NCBI GenBank assembly: GCA_965372715.1
Contig: CBDVDH010000020.1
Coordinates: 1 to 57,485 of the forward strand
Reading direction: 5' to 3'
Source: an uncultured bacterium
GTDB taxonomy: Bacteria; B130-G9
Length of the DNA: 57,485 nt
In this document: piece by piece, positions 9,658 through 19,289 of the stretch
Position numbering within the stretch: the first letter of the stretch is position 1
How the letters are laid out: every line of letters starts with the position of its first letter
Notes under the pieces: generated by a model
What the model was told of the DNA's origin: nothing
Databases searched by the model: none
Seen by the model: the letters and a program-made list of their open reading frames with translations, nothing else
Made by a program: the position numbers and the translations under genes

Positions 9658-11847
9658 CTACCGTAGCTCCCATTGCTCCAGCGTGATGTTGTCGAAGACG
9701 TGCCCTGTCTCAGATTCTACGAGCGCGCCCGCAAAGGAATAGGCCCCTTTCGGGGCATCTTGGGGAATTGTGAGGTAAAAAATGGGGAAGAATAGGCACC
9801 GAGCGTGACAGGAAATGAGGTGACCGGAGACCCAAGGTGATTGCGTTGTGGTGAAGTCGGGCAGGAAAAAGACCGAATCGTCGGCCGTGATGAGGGCGAC
9901 GTAAACATCGACCGTGGCGTTCATGCCTCGGTTCCCGAAATCACCGTAGAGCACAAGCTCCTCACCCCTCTGATAGGAGGGCCTGTCCGTCCTCAGGCAG
10001 ATGAAAGGCAAACCGTCGGTGGGGTCATCTGCCAGCCTGGTCAGCCCCCTCTTGGTTGCTATCCATTTATCGCCCTGACTATCGAGCGCTATGTCATAAA
10101 CTGTGCCGTCGCAAAGCCCGTCCAGCGCAAAGTAAGAGACAAAGTCCTGGCCATCGAATCTACTGACACCTAGCGCTGTGCCCAGCCAAAAAATACCGCC
10201 TTGTGTGCGCGCAATCGCGCTAACGAAAAAGAATGCGAGGCCATCGGGCGGGCGGTACCACCTGAACTCCCCACCGTCATAGACGGTCAGCCCACCACCC
10301 GAGCCAAAGAGCCAAGGCCCGTCCGGAGCGGTCTCTATCTCGAAGATAAGGTCGTCCATAAGACCGTCGTCGCTGTCGAACGTGGCAAAGCTGCCGTCCG
10401 CGAACCTAGTTGCGCCGATTGCTGTTCCGAACCATAGGCCACCCCATGCGTCAAACTCTATGTCAAAGACGCAGTCATTGCTCAGGCCGTCGGCGGTCGT
10501 GAAGCTGGTCCAGCGATCGCCGTCGAGCCTGCTCGCGCCGAAGCGCGTCCCCGCCCAGAGCTCCCCGCCGGGACTTTCCGCTAGGCAGAAGACCAGGTCG
10601 TCCGCCAGACCATCCTCGGTCGTGAACCAATCAAAGCTCCCGTCCCGCAGATGGCCAACGCCGCCGGCCGTGCCGACCCAAACCGACGTATCCTGTGCGA
10701 GAATCAACGCGTTGACCAGGGTGTTCCTGACGCCATCATCGACGCCGAACCACAGCCTCGAACCGTCGCTGCTGAGCCGGCAGAGCCCATTCTCGGTCCC
10801 GAGCCACTTATTGTCCTCGCTGTCTATGGCGATTGCCTTCACAACCTGTTGCTCCAGCACGTTGTCTATCGTCAGATGAGTGAAGTCGGCTCCGTCCCAG
10901 ACGCACAGTCCGCCGTCCGTGGTCCCGATCCAGGTCATCCCGTCGTCGTCAACCGCGACCGAGGACACGTCGGCACCCGGAAGGCCGTCGTCCAACGTGA
11001 ATGTCCGCCAGGCGCTGCCCTCGTTGAGCGATACACCGCGCCTCGTCCCGAACCAGTTGCGGCCGAGGCGATCGCATCTGATCATCTTGACCTTAGGGTC
11101 CGGCACGTAGTATTTGGCACGGTATGTGGTGAAGCCCCACTGGTCCATCAAGGTCAGGCCATAGAGCGTCCCGAACCATTTGGTCCCATCGGCCGCAGCG
11201 CCGACTGCGAAGACGCAGTTGTCCCCGAGGCCGTCAAAAAGCCGTGTCTTCGACCACTCCTGACCATCGAAGCGGCCTACGCCGCCCTGATACGTCCCAA
11301 ACCAGACTGCGCCCTCGTCGTCAACAGCAATCGACGTGACCCAATTGCCGGCCAGGCCGTGATCAGTCGTGTAGGTGGTCCAATTGCCGTTTTCGAGAAC
11401 CGAGGCGCCGTACGTCGTCCCGGCCCAGATGCGACCCAATTTGTCCTGCGTAACGCAATAGACCCAGTTCGACCCGAGAGCTTCCGGTCGGCCGGCTATC
11501 CAGAAGTATCGACCGTCATATTTGACCAGGCCGGCGCCGCCGGTGCCGATCCAGAGCGTGCCGTCGCCGGCAAGCCAAAGCGACTTGATGAAGTTGCACG
11601 GCAGCCCGTCAGTCGTCCTGAACACCCGGTAGCCAAAATCGCGCCTCGACCAGCGCACGAGGCCCCCCGCCGTGCCTGCCCAGACGTAGTCCCCGTCCGA
11701 GGCCAGGCAATTGACGATGTTAGGATTCGTGTAGCTCTCGATCTCGGCAGCAACAGCAACGGTCCCAATCATGCACAACTGTGCGACGAGGAGACAGCAG
11801 AGAATCCTGAGCGCGAACCCATTTGACGGGCCAACTGTGGTTCTCAA
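9658..11847 (-). CDS. Secreted beta-propeller (Reg_prop-type repeats) protein with C-terminal Ig-like domain; probable TTG start 11847 (ORF open to 12009)
   Basis: Signal-peptide-like segment; many DGL..N.V..I..D..G..WFGT repeats; distinct ~118-aa C-terminal domain. Confidence 0.85.
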   Translation of the reverse strand: MRTTVGPSNGFALRILCCLLVAQLCMIGTVAVAAEIESYTNPNIVNCLASDGDYVWAGTAGGLVRWSRRDFGYRVFRTTDGLPCNFIKSLWLAGDGTLWIGTGGAGLVKYDGRYFWIAGRPEALGSNWVYCVTQDKLGRIWAGTTYGASVLENGNWTTYTTDHGLAGNWVTSIAVDDEGAVWFGTYQGGVGRFDGQEWSKTRLFDGLGDNCVFAVGAAADGTKWFGTLYGLTLMDQWGFTTYRAKYYVPDPKVKMIRCDRLGRNWFGTRRGVSLNEGSAWRTFTLDDGLPGADVSSVAVDDDGMTWIGTTDGGLCVWDGADFTHLTIDNVLEQQVVKAIAIDSEDNKWLGTENGLCRLSSDGSRLWFGVDDGVRNTLVNALILAQDTSVWVGTAGGVGHLRDGSFDWFTTEDGLADDLVFCLAESPGGELWAGTRFGASRLDGDRWTSFTTADGLSNDCVFDIEFDAWGGLWFGTAIGATRFADGSFATFDSDDGLMDDLIFEIETAPDGPWLFGSGGGLTVYDGGEFRWYRPPDGLAFFFVSAIARTQGGIFWLGTALGVSRFDGQDFVSYFALDGLCDGTVYDIALDSQGDKWIATKRGLTRLADDPTDGLPFICLRTDRPSYQRGEELVLYGDFGNRGMNATVDVYVALITADDSVFFLPDFTTTQSPWVSGHLISCHARCLFFPIFYLTIPQDAPKGAYSFAGALVESETGHVFDNITLEQWELR

Positions 11848-12024
11848 GACCTGATCCTTTTTTTGAGAAAGACGATCACAACCATGCGAGCCGCCAGCAC
11901 TGCTGTCGTATGAGACTGGGTACATGAACCTTCCGCGGCTCCGGCCATCGAATTGTGTCTCCTGTCCCTTAGGGGCCTCCGGTCCAAAGATACAGTAGCC
12001 CGGAGCCACACGTCAAGCCCAAGC

Positions 12025-12348
12025 GGGTGTGACCCTGGATTGTAAGTAACATGACTGGGCAATTGCCCATCCCGCCAAGGTGCGGCCAGGTCGCCCGGCT
12101 TCAGCCGAGGCGACAGCTTGGCTGTCATTGTGTTAACTCCCGATTTCAATCGGGAGACCCCAGAACTCGGCACCCTTCTCTCCATCCTCCTCAGATAAGC
12201 ACTTTGGGCGAGGAGGAGGGAGGCACATGGGCTTACAGATCACCCGACTCGAAGTCGGGTGCTAGTACAATTAGAGCCATCCATCGCGCCGTGTTGAAAC
12301 ACGGCGACATGGCTATGTAAACTCTACCTACAATCTGCAGTCACACCC
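12025..12348. mobile_element. MITE-like element, 324 bp
   Basis: 24-bp imperfect terminal inverted repeats (GGGTGTGAC...GTCACACCC, 19/24), 9-bp flanking direct repeat AGCCCAAGC/AGCCCAAAC, internal hairpins. Confidence 0.65.
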
Positions 12349-12408
12349 AGCCCAAACTGGCAGACTACGGGACAGAGCCACCCTATCTATCGAGAAGCGG
12401 ACAGATTC

Positions 12409-14985
12409 TCACAAAGGACCAAGCCCCAAGAGCTCGAAGACCGCCTCGGACTCGGAGATAGTCTCACCAGTTGCAGCATCAAGAACCGCCGTGAAGAACG
12501 TGTATCTCCCCGGGACGAGCGCCTCGCTGATTTGCAGCTCGCAGAAGAGGAAGGGGCCGAACTTGAAGCCCGTATGCAGCGACAGCTCAAATGTCGTACT
12601 AGTGGTGCTGTAATCGGGATAGAAGAGCCTTGTTCCGTCCGGTAGCTGCACCCCCATGAACGCCTCGACCTGTTTGGCATCGCCCCTGTTCTCTACATAG
12701 ACCGTCGCAGACAAGGTCTGTCCGGGATGATATTCCTCCCTATTGGTCGAGACCGCGACGAAAGGCGCGTATTCGTCCGTCACAGCTATCGTCAAGGGCG
12801 TCGACCATCTCGACACTGCCTTCTTCGAGTCCTTGGCGGATGATCGCAGCTGGTATGTGCCGGCGGTAGCGAACGACATCTCCTGCGCATAAGCTGACCA
12901 CTCCGAGGTCGCGCCGTCGGGCCACATGAATCTGAACTCGAGTGCATCGCCGTCCGGGTCATCTGCCGTCGCCGAGAAAGTCAGCGGCTCGCCGGGCAAA
13001 GCAGTTTGCCAATCGGCGCGGACCTGTGGGTCTTGTGGATAATGGTTGGCCAATGGGCCAGCCATGAGAACCGACAGGCCCTCCCAAGTTGCTATCCAGC
13101 GGTTGCCCAAGAAGTCCAACGCGATCGAGTTTACCCAGTTTGAAGAGATTCGGGAGCTATCTAGGTCGAGCGTTATCCAGCCCTCGCCGTCATAGACCGA
13201 GACGCCCTCTCTACTAGTCCCAAACCAATACCTGCCGGTCATGTCCCTTGCAATGCAGTTGACGCCGTTGGATGCCAGTCCACAGTTGTCTGTCGTCAGC
13301 GTCTCAAGCGTCTGGCCATCGAAGTGCAGGACTGAGCCCGAGACGTCGAAGCCCCCTGAAATCCACATCTCCCAGTTGTCCTCGATCCTTATCGCGTTGA
13401 TTCTCTTCCAGGGCAGTGGACTGTTTTCAGGTGTGTAGATGGCGTAGTCTGTTCCGTCAAAATAGAGCAGCCCGAAGCCGTAGCCAAACCATTTCCCACC
13501 GTCCGGGTCCTCCGCAAAGCATTTGGGCCACGGAGTTCCACCATACACACCAAAGTCGTGGGACTGCCAAACCGTCCCATCGAAACTCGTGATCAGTATG
13601 TGATCCGCGCCCCCCGGGTCCTCAGCGTCACCGTGGCAGAACCATTTGACGTTTTGGCTGTCCACAGCGGCAAACCAGATGTCGTTCCACCATTTAGACG
13701 GGAGCGTGTCGGGGTCCTGAGTGTAGTCGGACCACACGGTTCCGTCGAAAGAATATACGCCCAGCGAGGTCCCGAGCCAGACAACTCCGTCTCGATCGAC
13801 GGTGGCCGTACGAATTGTTGTCGCCTCAATAGGGCTGTTCTGCGTAGTATAGGTCTGCCAGGTGTTGAAGGCAAAGTTGTAGTTGGTGACGCCCGGGCGA
13901 CCGTTGTAATACGTCATCCAGACTGACGGGTTCGCCAGCCCTCCGGGCGGCGGCATCGAGAGCTGCGTGATGTTAAGCGCCGCTGGGCCCGAAAAGGTTA
14001 TGTCAGTTACCGTCCAGTTTTCGCCGTCGAACGTGAACAAATCCTGCTGATCCGTTCCGACCCACAGGTCGCCGTCGGAGTCGAAGCAGATCGACGTAAT
14101 CTTGTCGCCGGGCAGCGGTGAGTTTTGGGAGCTATACTCAGACCAGTCTGTGCCGTCAAAAAACTGGAGCTTCCTGCGCGATGCAAACCAGACATTGCCG
14201 TCGGGAGCGGCGCTTATCTGAAGCACCGCGCCCTCCACCGCATCGTGTGTGGTCCAAACTCCGTCAAGAAGCCTCGATGCCCCCGCACCAGGAAACCCCG
14301 CGGCAAACCACACACCGCCGTCCGCGTCCACGCCTATCGCGCCAACGTTACTGGTATGCAGGCCGCTGTTCTCTGCGGTAAAGTTCTGCCAGTTCTCGCC
14401 GTCGAAACTGTAAACGCCCTTCGTGGGGTAATCCGGTGGGAAGTCTTTGGTTGAAAACCACTTGGTGTTGTCGCGATCGACAGCAACAGCAGATACATAC
14501 TGTGTCTCAAGCGGCGAGTTGGTCGGGTCGAACGTCGTCCAGTCGCCGCCGTCGAAACGCAGCACGCCGCCTTGCGTGGCAAGCCACTTGACGCCCTGAT
14601 GGTCGATGGCGAAGCCCGTGGCGAGCGGATGGCTCTGTAGGCCATGAATAGGCGGCGGCACGGACATCCACCGCGTGCCGATAAACTGGGCAAGATCCGA
14701 GAACTGGCCTACTGCCCATAAAGAGCCGTCAACGCCAATCCCTAGCTGAGCCGCGTACAACGCGACAAGGCCGTCCGCGCGGGTATAGTGCATCATCTGG
14801 GACGTTGCCTTATTGAGCGCAACCACGCCTCCCTGCGTGCCTATCCATATCGTCGTGCTACTGGCACAGAGCGAGGTTATGTTCCCAGTGTAAACGAAGT
14901 TCTGCCATTCCTCTGCGGAGACGGACGCGCACAGACCCGCAAGAAATGTCAGAGCAAAAAAACAAACACAAGTCCGAGTGTGCAT
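12409..14985 (-). CDS. Secreted beta-propeller protein with PKD-like and C-terminal Ig-like domains
   Basis: AGGAGG before ATG 14985; signal peptide ending SVSA; FDG..W....NS.L repeats; ADDPDGDAL PKD-like motif. Confidence 0.85.
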   Translation of the reverse strand: MHTRTCVCFFALTFLAGLCASVSAEEWQNFVYTGNITSLCASSTTIWIGTQGGVVALNKATSQMMHYTRADGLVALYAAQLGIGVDGSLWAVGQFSDLAQFIGTRWMSVPPPIHGLQSHPLATGFAIDHQGVKWLATQGGVLRFDGGDWTTFDPTNSPLETQYVSAVAVDRDNTKWFSTKDFPPDYPTKGVYSFDGENWQNFTAENSGLHTSNVGAIGVDADGGVWFAAGFPGAGASRLLDGVWTTHDAVEGAVLQISAAPDGNVWFASRRKLQFFDGTDWSEYSSQNSPLPGDKITSICFDSDGDLWVGTDQQDLFTFDGENWTVTDITFSGPAALNITQLSMPPPGGLANPSVWMTYYNGRPGVTNYNFAFNTWQTYTTQNSPIEATTIRTATVDRDGVVWLGTSLGVYSFDGTVWSDYTQDPDTLPSKWWNDIWFAAVDSQNVKWFCHGDAEDPGGADHILITSFDGTVWQSHDFGVYGGTPWPKCFAEDPDGGKWFGYGFGLLYFDGTDYAIYTPENSPLPWKRINAIRIEDNWEMWISGGFDVSGSVLHFDGQTLETLTTDNCGLASNGVNCIARDMTGRYWFGTSREGVSVYDGEGWITLDLDSSRISSNWVNSIALDFLGNRWIATWEGLSVLMAGPLANHYPQDPQVRADWQTALPGEPLTFSATADDPDGDALEFRFMWPDGATSEWSAYAQEMSFATAGTYQLRSSAKDSKKAVSRWSTPLTIAVTDEYAPFVAVSTNREEYHPGQTLSATVYVENRGDAKQVEAFMGVQLPDGTRLFYPDYSTTSTTFELSLHTGFKFGPFLFCELQISEALVPGRYTFFTAVLDAATGETISESEAVFELLGLGPL

Positions 14986-15327
14986 CCTAATACCTCCTAC
15001 GTTCTTCGCTGACGCTCTTCGGAAAGATGTCAGCATCAGTTATCAACTTTGCCCTTGGGTCTCCGCCTCAAATGGGCCCGGCGGGCTCGGGTCCGGCGTC
15101 AATTGACGCCGATCGTATTATCAGCGCTGGTTATCTCGCCAGAGTCGAGATATAGACTGATTCCGGGTCTTCCGGCGAAGACCTATGCCGCAATGAAGCG
15201 GCTCGCCGCAGATTCCAAACTTCATCTTTGCGCGCCGCATCACCTCCTCACGCATCAGCTAGTTTGCGTCAGAAAAGCAGTAGTCCTGTTATTCATGCGC
15301 CCCTTGTCTCTGACAAGTCAAGCTCGT

Positions 15328-15445
15328 CATGCTGAGGCGTTAAGCACTAAACGGCCGGGGGAGCCCAAGTTATCTCAGATGGGACTTGACCTCTTACGGA
15401 CGAAGCGATCGCGCTCACAGATTCGCCAGATAGCCCTGAGGCGTG
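15328..15445 (+). ncRNA. Possible degenerate c-di-AMP (ydaO/yuaA)-like riboswitch
   Basis: GCTGA..hairpin..GGGGGAGCCCA..TGGG..GATTCGCCAGATAGCCCTGAGGCGT resembles the ydaO layout; P1 CATGCT/GGCGTG; upstream of cation antiporters. Confidence 0.3.
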
Positions 15446-15457
15446 GTCCTATTCCTC

Positions 15458-15489
15458 GGATGGCTTGCCCCGCGGATGGCTTGCCCCGC
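15458..15489. repeat. 16-bp perfect tandem duplication GGATGGCTTGCCCCGC x2
   Basis: Directly visible. Confidence 0.9.
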
Positions 15490-15682
15490 GTGCGAGGCCC
15501 CACTCAGGCGGTGGGTCCGGCACGCGCGCCGCTGAGACGGCTGCGACGCACACCCCAGACCCGTGCGTCTAAGCTATTCAATCGGTTTTCGGGGCGCAGA
15601 GTGGTTGCAAAACACTGACCGATGAGTAGTATGCCGCCTCGAAGACGGCTTGCCGTGAACTGTCAGAGAGGGGCCTTAACTC

Positions 15683-16978
15683 ATGATGCTTCTGGAAGAG
15701 GTTGAGCTCATTTTCGCTTTGAGCATCCTTCTTCTCGTCGGTTACACGTTGGGCGTTCTGGCCAAGAGAGTCCACCTACCTGAAGTTACGGGCTATATAG
15801 CGGCTGGCATCCTGCTGAAGCAGGGCATCTTCGGACTTGGGCTAATGTCGGAGGCCGAGTTCACGAGGCTCTTCTCGCTTGATCTAGTGCCGATCAACCA
15901 TCTTGCTCTTGCTATGATAGCGTTCGCGATCTGCGGGGGCCTTCGAGTCGAGCAGATGAAACGGCTGGGAAAGGGCATCCTTTGCATAGCATTCGTTCAG
16001 GCGATCGTCACGTTCATCGCTGTCGCGGGCGCAGTGGCTCTTGTCAGCCCCTACGCAAGCATTGCAGGCGTTCGTGCGGGCAGCTTGTTGAGCGTGCTGC
16101 CACTCGCGCTGGTGCTTGGCGGAATCGCCACAGCCACAGCGCCGGCGGCGACGGTTGCGGTGATCAGGGAGCTCAGGGCCAAGGGGCCTTTCACCACAAC
16201 GCTGCTTGCAACTGTGGCTATTGACGATGCAATTGCTCTTCTGATATTCGCATTTGGCCTTACGATAGCGGAGAGTCTGCTTGCGGCTGGCATGGCGGGA
16301 GCGGGACCCGGCACTGCTATGATTTGGTTTCGGCCTTTGTTGGAGGTCCTTGGCTCCCTGGGTATCGGCGCGGTCGTCGGCATAGTTCACCACTTCGTCG
16401 CAGCAAGGGTCAAGGGAGAGATAGAAATGATGACAGTCTCGCTCGGGATCATTACGTTTACCAGCGGGCTGTCGATGCTCGTTGGCCTCTCGCCGCTTCT
16501 CACCGTCATGATCGCCGGATTCGTCCTTGTGAACCTGTCGCGTCGGAACCAGCGTGTCTTCACATCCGTCGAACGAATTCAAGGGCCTATCTTCGTCGTG
16601 TTTTTCACGCTTGCAGGCACGCAGCTGCACCTTGAAAACCTAATAAGCTGCGGAATCATTGGTTCGGTTTTTCTCGTGTTCCGGTTCTTCGGCAAAGTGG
16701 GCGGGACCTATTTGGGCGCCGTCATGGCTCATGTGAAGGGAACGGCGAGGCGCCACCTGGGGCTGGCTTTGCTTCCGCAGGCGGGCGTGGCGATTGGCCT
16801 GATGCTTGTGGCGCAGGAAAGCCCACATTTTTCCATCTATAAGTCTATCCTTGTGGACGTCGTGCTTGCGTCGGTCGCGCTGAATGAGCTCTTTGGCCCG
16901 CCGCTGGCCGCCTATGCGTTGAGGCGTTCAGGTGACGTGCCCGCCCCGAAGACGACACGGACCTCGGAAATACGATAG
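15683..16978 (+). CDS. Cation:proton antiporter (Kef/CPA2-like), paralog 1
   Basis: Multi-TM; LPEVTGYI, ATAPAATVAVIREL, AIDDA, LLPQAGVAIGL. Confidence 0.9.
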   Translation: MMLLEEVELIFALSILLLVGYTLGVLAKRVHLPEVTGYIAAGILLKQGIFGLGLMSEAEFTRLFSLDLVPINHLALAMIAFAICGGLRVEQMKRLGKGILCIAFVQAIVTFIAVAGAVALVSPYASIAGVRAGSLLSVLPLALVLGGIATATAPAATVAVIRELRAKGPFTTTLLATVAIDDAIALLIFAFGLTIAESLLAAGMAGAGPGTAMIWFRPLLEVLGSLGIGAVVGIVHHFVAARVKGEIEMMTVSLGIITFTSGLSMLVGLSPLLTVMIAGFVLVNLSRRNQRVFTSVERIQGPIFVVFFTLAGTQLHLENLISCGIIGSVFLVFRFFGKVGGTYLGAVMAHVKGTARRHLGLALLPQAGVAIGLMLVAQESPHFSIYKSILVDVVLASVALNELFGPPLAAYALRRSGDVPAPKTTRTSEIR

Positions 16979-16991
16979 TCGGAGGAGGAAG

Positions 16992-18275
16992 GTGATCCAA
17001 GAGGGAGCGGACCTGATATTCCTTGTGGGCGGGATTCTCACCATCGCTTACATTGGCGGCCGACTCTCAAACCGGTTCCGACTGCCTGAGGTCACCGGCT
17101 ATATACTCACCGGTATCCTTCTCAAGTTACTCCTATCCTGGACCGGCGTCATCGCGCCCGACAGACTCGACGTGCTGCTTACAGAACGCCTAGGACAGGT
17201 TCCGCAGATGACGCTTGCGCTGATAGCATTCGTGATCGGTGGGAGCCTGCCCATTGGACAGCTCAAACGGCTGGGGCGCGGCATCGCCTGGATTGGCCTG
17301 ATGGAGGGCTTTGGCGCCTTCATTTGCGTCGGCCTGTTGATCTTCCTGATTACGCCCTTTGTTTGGACCATGCCGTCCATTGATGGAGTCTCCCCCATCA
17401 AATCCGTGCTCGCGTTTGCGCTGCTTCTAGGGGCGCTCTCCGCGGCAACAGCGCCCGCCGCAACGGTGGCCGTGATAAGGGAGCTTCGTGCGCGAGGCGA
17501 CGTAACTACCACGCTGCTTGGCGTCGTTGGGCTTGACGACGCTGTCGCCCTGTTCATCTTCACTTTTGCCGGCGCAACCGCCGCCAGTCTTCTCGTCAGC
17601 GCCTCGCAAGCAGCCCTGGGCTTTGTTGAGATGGTGGTTTCACCGCTTATCGAGATATTCGGCGCCGCAATTCTCGGAATCGCGATGGGATTCATTGCCC
17701 ATTACGGTTCCAGGTTCTTCAGAAGCAAGCGCGAGACCATTGTGGGCGGCCTGGGATTTGTGCTCCTTTCCGGAGGAACCGCAGTGGCATTGGGCCTGTC
17801 ACCGCTTTTCACAAACATGCTGGCTGGGTTCACTCTGATCAATCTCTCGCCGAGAAACATCCGATTCTTCCGCTCCCTCGATGATGTCGAGGCGCCGATC
17901 TACGCGATGTTCTTTGCGCTGGCTGGCACGCATCTGGCCTTTGAGAACCTGGGCATGCTGGGCATACTGGGGGCGATCTATGTCGTCGGGAGGTTGACAG
18001 GGAAAGTGGTCGGCGTAAAGATAGGCGCCAAGTTCGGTCGCGCGTCGCCCACGGTCGGCAAATATCTCGGGCTGGGACTATTGCCGCAGGCTGGCGTGGC
18101 AATCGGACTCGTGCTCATTGCCAAGAGCAATCCGGCCTTCGCCTCGTTTGCGCCGATGATGACCAATATCATACTTGGGACTGTTGCCGTCAATGAGATT
18201 ATCGGTCCTCCGTTCACAGCCTATGCCCTGAAAAAGGCGGGCGAGGTCGGACAGACAAAGCGTCGAGGCAAATAG
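16992..18275 (+). CDS. Cation:proton antiporter (Kef/CPA2-like), paralog 2
   Basis: GGAGGAGG before GTG 16992; same motifs as paralog 1. Confidence 0.9.
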   Translation: MIQEGADLIFLVGGILTIAYIGGRLSNRFRLPEVTGYILTGILLKLLLSWTGVIAPDRLDVLLTERLGQVPQMTLALIAFVIGGSLPIGQLKRLGRGIAWIGLMEGFGAFICVGLLIFLITPFVWTMPSIDGVSPIKSVLAFALLLGALSAATAPAATVAVIRELRARGDVTTTLLGVVGLDDAVALFIFTFAGATAASLLVSASQAALGFVEMVVSPLIEIFGAAILGIAMGFIAHYGSRFFRSKRETIVGGLGFVLLSGGTAVALGLSPLFTNMLAGFTLINLSPRNIRFFRSLDDVEAPIYAMFFALAGTHLAFENLGMLGILGAIYVVGRLTGKVVGVKIGAKFGRASPTVGKYLGLGLLPQAGVAIGLVLIAKSNPAFASFAPMMTNIILGTVAVNEIIGPPFTAYALKKAGEVGQTKRRGK

Positions 18276-18411
18276 GTCTTGAAATGGAACGCAATGCGGC
18301 GTGTAATACAGTGCATGGGACGATTCACAGAACTGTGCCGAGGCTTTCGATTGATAAGGCGGCCGCTGCGACGCCCACAATCCAGAGCAGTATTCGATTA
18401 AGAGGTAATTC

Positions 18412-18882
18412 ATGGTTGAACTGAAGTCGTTTATGAAGGAAAAGCTGATCTGCCTTGAACTGAAGTCAGCCACGAAGGCGAAAGTATTTGAGGAGATGTC
18501 AGACCTCATCTCGCAGTCGGAGTTTATTCCGGACCGCGACACTTTTCTGGCCGCGCTGAAGGAGCGGGAGGCGGTCATGACCACGAGTCTCGGCGACGGG
18601 GTTGGCATTCCACACGCAAGGTCCGATTCCATTAAGAGCCTCGTGATCGCCGTTGGCATCTCTAAGGATGGCATAGACTTCGGGGCGAAGGACGATCCTC
18701 TCGTCCAGATAGTGTTCATGTTTGGGATTCCCACCGAGGAAACTAAGCTATATATTCAGGTGCTGGCCAAGATCTCCAGGTTTGCGCGTAAGAAAAGCAA
18801 CCGAGAGAGACTGCTGTCCGCCCAGACCGCGGATGAGATATTCGCCGCATTTGAGGAATTCGACGAGATGTCTGGGGCGTAA
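18412..18882 (+). CDS. PTS EIIA domain protein (PtsN/fructose-type)
   Basis: KEREAVMTTSLGDGVGIPHARS phospho-His motif, GIDFGAKD. Confidence 0.9.
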   Translation: MVELKSFMKEKLICLELKSATKAKVFEEMSDLISQSEFIPDRDTFLAALKEREAVMTTSLGDGVGIPHARSDSIKSLVIAVGISKDGIDFGAKDDPLVQIVFMFGIPTEETKLYIQVLAKISRFARKKSNRERLLSAQTADEIFAAFEEFDEMSGA

Positions 18883-18917
18883 GTGTGCGTAGTCCTTTTG
18901 TATTCTGAGGGATTGAG

Positions 18918-19250
18918 ATGTATCTGGTCATAGTAGTCCTGTATAAAGAAGAGCAGCTGGACGATATTCTTTCTGTATTTGCCGAGCTAGGACTTGAAAA
19001 TGCGATCGTTGTCGAGGGAACAAGAATGCAGGAGGTGCTTGCGTTCGACGTGCCGATATTCGCCGGACTGGCAGCAGGCTCTCTTGGGGGCAAGAGGTAT
19101 GTAAAGATCGTGATGGCCACGTGCCAGGAAGATGGCATTGGTGAAAAAATCAGTAATGTAGCTAAAGACATGGACATCGATTTTTCGAATAGGGATATAG
19201 GGACGATTCTGACTCTGTCGGTCAAGGAGGTCGTGACGTCAGAGGATTAG
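18918..19250 (+). CDS. PII-like (GlnB-fold) small regulatory protein
   Basis: 110 aa; N-terminal strand-helix LVIVVL..EEQLDDIL, PIFAGL loop, C-terminal GTILTLSV. Confidence 0.6.
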   Translation: MYLVIVVLYKEEQLDDILSVFAELGLENAIVVEGTRMQEVLAFDVPIFAGLAAGSLGGKRYVKIVMATCQEDGIGEKISNVAKDMDIDFSNRDIGTILTLSVKEVVTSED

Positions 19251-19289
19251 GTTGGGAGGATGGATGAGAGGAAGCGATGATGGTGTAGA

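Noticed and set aside
12203-12290. tRNA-like look on the minus strand (CCCGA-CTTCGAG-TCGGG anticodon-like arm)
   Set aside because: No GTTCRA T-loop or proper acceptor stem; the hairpin is one of four related hairpins in the MITE-like element.
15511-15570. TPP riboswitch (GCTGAGA...ACCC)
   Set aside because: Lacks the CTGAT/GGGA core and the downstream genes are unrelated to thiamine.
15049-15618. 189-aa ORF in the antiporter leader
   Set aside because: TTG start, Arg/Pro-rich composition, no recognisable motif, and it spans a 16-bp duplication; likely spurious.
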